NCBI GenBank assembly: GCA_900316305.1 | Contig: ONCM01000008.1 | Location: 6,991-70,990 of the forward strand | Length of the DNA stretch: 64,000 nt | Direction: 5' to 3' | Source of the DNA: an uncultured Bacteroidales bacterium | Lineage (GTDB): Bacteria > Bacteroidota > Bacteroidia > Bacteroidales > WCHB1-69 | Shown: piece by piece, positions 61,048 through 64,000 of the stretch | How positions within the stretch are numbered: position 1 is the first letter of the stretch | Layout of the letters: every line of letters begins with the position of its first letter | Notes under the pieces: generated by a model | The model's input: only the letters and a program-made list of their open reading frames with translations | Told to the model about the DNA's origin: nothing | The model's database searches: none | Position numbers and translations under genes: made by a program

Positions 61048-63164
61048 TCGCCCTTGGTATTCTGGTTGTGGAAGCGCAACAACTTGTTGTAGAGGTGTCT
61101 GCGCTCCGGTCCGATGACGTTGTGGTCGTGAACGGTATAGACGAAGTACTCCAGCTCGATGTCGTCGCTGACGGCTTGGCGGAGGAGTTCCAACGTATGC
61201 TGTTGCACGACCGTGTGGTCCTGCGCACCGTGCATCACCAACAACGGACATTTCACGTTCTTGATTTTCGGGATGATGTTGGCGTTGGCATAGCCGGAGG
61301 GATTCTCTTGCGGAGTATCCATGTAACGTTCGCCGTACATCACCTCGTACCACTCCCAGTTGACCACGGGACCGCCACAAGAGGCTGCCTTGAATACTTC
61401 GGGATGGGAGGTAATCAGTGACAGCACCATGAAACCGCCGTAGCTCCAGCCATCAACACCGATGCGGTCGGCATCCACGTAAGGCAGTGATTTCAAGTAC
61501 TCCACGCCACACATCTGGTCTTCCACCTCGCGCACACCCAAGTTACGGTGAATGCACTTTTCGAAGTCTGCACCACGGTTGTCTGTGCCGCGGTTATCCA
61601 ACGTAAACACAATGTATCCTTGTTGCGCCATGAACTCGAGGAAGAGACCGCCGGAGAGGTACTGGTTAGTCACCAATTGTGAGTGCGGACCACCATAAAC
61701 ATACAGGAACACAGGGTATTTCTTGCTCTTGTCCATGTTCGGGGGCGTAATCATGCGGCACCACAGCGAATCGCCCTCCTTGTTGACGATGGGGAAGATT
61801 TTCGTGTCGCCGAGTTGCATCACACCAAACGGACTCTTAGCGGTGAGTAGCGTCTTGATGGTTTTGCCGTTGTTATCGACCAAGGAAATGATTCTCGGGG
61901 TGGTCGGATTGCTGAAATAGTCGATGAAATAGTTCTTTGATTCGCTAAAGACGGGACGATGAACACCGTCGGCATGAGCAAGACAAGTGAGCGTACCTTT
62001 GTCGATGTTTACCTTGCAAACATATTGGTTCACCGGTTTTTCCAAGGATGCGGTGAAGTAAATGTTCTTCTCGTCCTTGTCCATGCCGTAGTATTCATCG
62101 ATGTCAAATTTGCCATCCACTACTTTCTTAATCAGTTTACCATCAGGTTGGTATGCATAAAGATGGTTCCAGCCATCGCGGTCGCTGAACCAGAGGAAGT
62201 TGCCGTTTCCCATGAAAATCATGCGGTGAGTGGGTTCCACGTAGCGGCTGTCGGTTTCCTCGATGAGGACGGCCAGTTTCTTGCCGGTTTGCAGGTCGTA
62301 GCGGATGAGTTTGGAGTGGTTTTGCTCGCGGTTGAGGTGCGTGATGTAGATGTATTTCTCGTCAGGAGAGAAAGTTACGTTGGTCAGGAACTCACCGTCG
62401 GCTTTGTCGGTTTGGATGTAGTGATAGACGGGAGCGCCTTTTTCAGCGGATTTGGCCACGTCGAAGATGCCGAGGGTCACCACGTGCGAGGTGCGGCCGG
62501 CCATCGGGTATTTGATGTTCTCGACTGTTGCGATGGGTGTGCCGGTATTCACGAGCGGGTAATCCTCCACCATGCTCTCGTCCATGCGGTAGAAGGCGAT
62601 GAAGTTGCCGTTCGGGGAGATGTACTGGCCTTCGTTGATGCCCCACTCGCTGCGGTGCACCGACTCGCCGAAGACGATGTGCTCGCCAGTGTCAGGACAA
62701 AGCAGCACGGGCTTGTAGCCGTTCAGCGCACTCTCCACAAACACGCCTTTGTCGTTCTTGATGACGAACACTTTGTTCTTGATGTCCTGGTCGATCACAT
62801 CATCCCAATCCACTTTGTCGAACTCCGTGGTGGTGATTTTACCTTTCACCACGTTGACTGTTTTGTGGTCGCGGGGGAAGTAGAGGGTGTTCGCGTCGAG
62901 CCACTCGTACCCGTATGCGCTGGAAATCTCGTGCGCCGTTTGAGAGGCTTTGGCGAGAAAGATGGTTTCCTTGCCGTTTTTGGGGTTCACCAGCATGATG
63001 TTCTGATCATCATCGATATAGGAGTACATGTCCATCGTCGGCCGCCAAGCGATACCATATATATTATCTATGACGTAGCGTTTGGTGAAATCGATGGTCT
63101 GCCCGAAAACCGGAACCAAAAGCATCAGGAAAAAGATGCTGAACAAAAGGGTTAATCTTTTCAT
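61044..63164 (-). CDS. Dipeptidyl-peptidase IV-type S9B serine peptidase
   Basis: 706 aa with signal peptide, DPP-IV N-terminal propeller-like region, nucleophile elbow DGWSYGG, and MHGAQDHTV...H. Confidence 0.88.
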   Translation of the reverse strand: MKRLTLLFSIFFLMLLVPVFGQTIDFTKRYVIDNIYGIAWRPTMDMYSYIDDDQNIMLVNPKNGKETIFLAKASQTAHEISSAYGYEWLDANTLYFPRDHKTVNVVKGKITTTEFDKVDWDDVIDQDIKNKVFVIKNDKGVFVESALNGYKPVLLCPDTGEHIVFGESVHRSEWGINEGQYISPNGNFIAFYRMDESMVEDYPLVNTGTPIATVENIKYPMAGRTSHVVTLGIFDVAKSAEKGAPVYHYIQTDKADGEFLTNVTFSPDEKYIYITHLNREQNHSKLIRYDLQTGKKLAVLIEETDSRYVEPTHRMIFMGNGNFLWFSDRDGWNHLYAYQPDGKLIKKVVDGKFDIDEYYGMDKDEKNIYFTASLEKPVNQYVCKVNIDKGTLTCLAHADGVHRPVFSESKNYFIDYFSNPTTPRIISLVDNNGKTIKTLLTAKSPFGVMQLGDTKIFPIVNKEGDSLWCRMITPPNMDKSKKYPVFLYVYGGPHSQLVTNQYLSGGLFLEFMAQQGYIVFTLDNRGTDNRGADFEKCIHRNLGVREVEDQMCGVEYLKSLPYVDADRIGVDGWSYGGFMVLSLITSHPEVFKAASCGGPVVNWEWYEVMYGERYMDTPQENPSGYANANIIPKIKNVKCPLLVMHGAQDHTVVQQHTLELLRQAVSDDIELEYFVYTVHDHNVIGPERRHLYNKLLRFHNQNTKGE

Positions 63165-63200
63165 AATCTATGTTTTATCATTAAAATCAGAATGAGGTGG

Positions 63201-63228
63201 CAAAAGTACACAAATTACGAATACGCAC
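63201..63228 (-). promoter_or_regulatory. Promoter block GTGCGTATTCGTAATTT-G-TGTACTTTTG (DPP-IV-like peptidase - thpR)
   Basis: -7 box at 63201-63208 plus a 17-mer at 63212-63228 that is identical to 47622-47638. Confidence 0.6.
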
Positions 63229-63244
63229 GGTGTATAGCCCTTAT

Positions 63245-63279
63245 ATTATTCATTCCACACTCTTCATTCTTCATTAAAA
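63245..63279. repeat. Degenerate heptad repeat, ATTCNNC family
   Basis: ATTATTC ATTCCAC ACTCTTC ATTCTTC ATTAAAA, between divergent promoters. Confidence 0.6.
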
Positions 63280-63284
63280 TTTCG

Positions 63285-63292
63285 TATTTTTG
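63285..63292 (+). promoter_or_regulatory. -7 box TATTTTTG (aminotransferase)
   Basis: TAnnTTTG 20 nt upstream of ATG 63313. Confidence 0.6.
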
Positions 63293-63312
63293 CGCCAAAA
63301 TTCTGAAACAGA

Positions 63313-64000
63313 ATGAAAACACTTCGTCAAGACTTTTTGGCCCATGTCGGGCAGACCTCGCCGGAACCGCTGCTCATCGAGGTGGCACGCGCGGAAGGGG
63401 TCTATTATTATACTCCAGAAGGCAAACGCTACTACGACCTCGTGTCGGGCGTTTCCGTGAACAATGTGGGACATGCGAACCCGAAAGTGAAGGCCGCTGT
63501 ACAACAGCAAGCCGCTGATTACATGCATATTATGGTGTATGGGGAGATGGTGGAACGGCCGCAGGTGCAGTACGCCACCCAAATTGCCAACCTGCTGCCT
63601 GACCCATTGGACAGCGTCTATTTCGTCAACTCCGGCAGTGAGGCCGTGGAAGGGGCGCTAAAACTGGCCAAACGCTACACCGGACGGCACAAGATGATGT
63701 CGATGCACTGCGCCTACCACGGTTCCAACCACGGTTCACTCAGCATGATGGCCTCCCCAGAGGGCGACACTTGGAAAGCTCCGTTCCAACCGCTACTCCC
63801 GAATGTAGAATACTTGTGGTTCAACAATTTCGAAGACCTCAACCGTATCGACAACGAGACGGCCTGCGTGTTGGTGGAACCTGTGCAAGGCGAGGCAGGA
63901 ATCATTCCGCCCGCCGACGGCTACCTGCAAGCTCTGCGCCAACGTTGCGATGAAACGGGTACCATGCTGATTTTTGATGAGATACAGACGGGTATGGGAC
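63313..64000 (+). CDS. Class-III PLP aminotransferase (acetylornithine/ornithine aminotransferase-like), 3' end outside window
   Basis: The frame from ATG 63313 stays open to the window end. Motifs: VNNVGHANPKV, FVNSGSEAVEGALKLAK, VLVEPVQGEAGI, LIFDEIQTGMG. Confidence 0.85.
   Translation, partial: MKTLRQDFLAHVGQTSPEPLLIEVARAEGVYYYTPEGKRYYDLVSGVSVNNVGHANPKVKAAVQQQAADYMHIMVYGEMVERPQVQYATQIANLLPDPLDSVYFVNSGSEAVEGALKLAKRYTGRHKMMSMHCAYHGSNHGSLSMMASPEGDTWKAPFQPLLPNVEYLWFNNFEDLNRIDNETACVLVEPVQGEAGIIPPADGYLQALRQRCDETGTMLIFDEIQTGMG

Noticed and set aside
61048-61380. N-terminal extension of the thpR ORF (start 61380)
   Set aside because: It would overlap 337 nt of the DPP-IV-like gene, and its sequence is Arg/Gly/Pro-rich and not protein-like. 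An ATG at 61047 gives a full 2H-family protein.

Overview
This is a 64-kb chromosomal segment that looks like a Bacteroidota genome. The evidence is a T9SS/gliding gene cluster (porV-porU / porP(sprF)-gldJ), TAnnTTTG -7 promoter boxes, no Shine-Dalgarno sequences, an S16 with an Ala/Glu-rich tail, and DUF3098/DUF1573 genes. I call 55 tightly packed, mostly housekeeping CDS and one tRNA-Gly(GCC). They cover cell-wall enzymes and ddl; an MsbA-like ABC exporter; ftsX-DUF3098-uppP-truB; F-ATPase genes split into atpDC and atpHAG; the nusB-yajC-coaE operon; lon, meaB, aroB, folB, lptF/G, lplA, ispF, engB, pnuC, pyrE, gcvP, rpsP-rimM, rdgB and rpmF-yceD; two S9 peptidases; and thpR. I found no transposase, integrase, CRISPR array or recognisable defence gene. 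The unusual signals lie mostly outside the ORFs. (1) At least 15 intergenic tracts are built on a strict 7-nt tandem period, in families AACTNCT, NTTRGCY, GGTTAWN and ATTCNNC. They often supply stop or start codons, and some pair as long imperfect inverted arms between convergent genes. (2) A 201-bp array of a 14-bp unit, capped by inverted copies of its core, fills the radical-SAM/lplA spacer. (3) A hairpin family shares the stem sequence TGTAGRGRCG...CGYCYCTACA and is REP-like. (4) Near-identical promoter blocks are shared by unrelated genes. There is also a 2090-aa T9SS type-B-CTD surface protein with internal module duplication and seven 147-bp tandem repeats. All functional calls come from motif recognition by eye. 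No database search, alignment or folding program was run.
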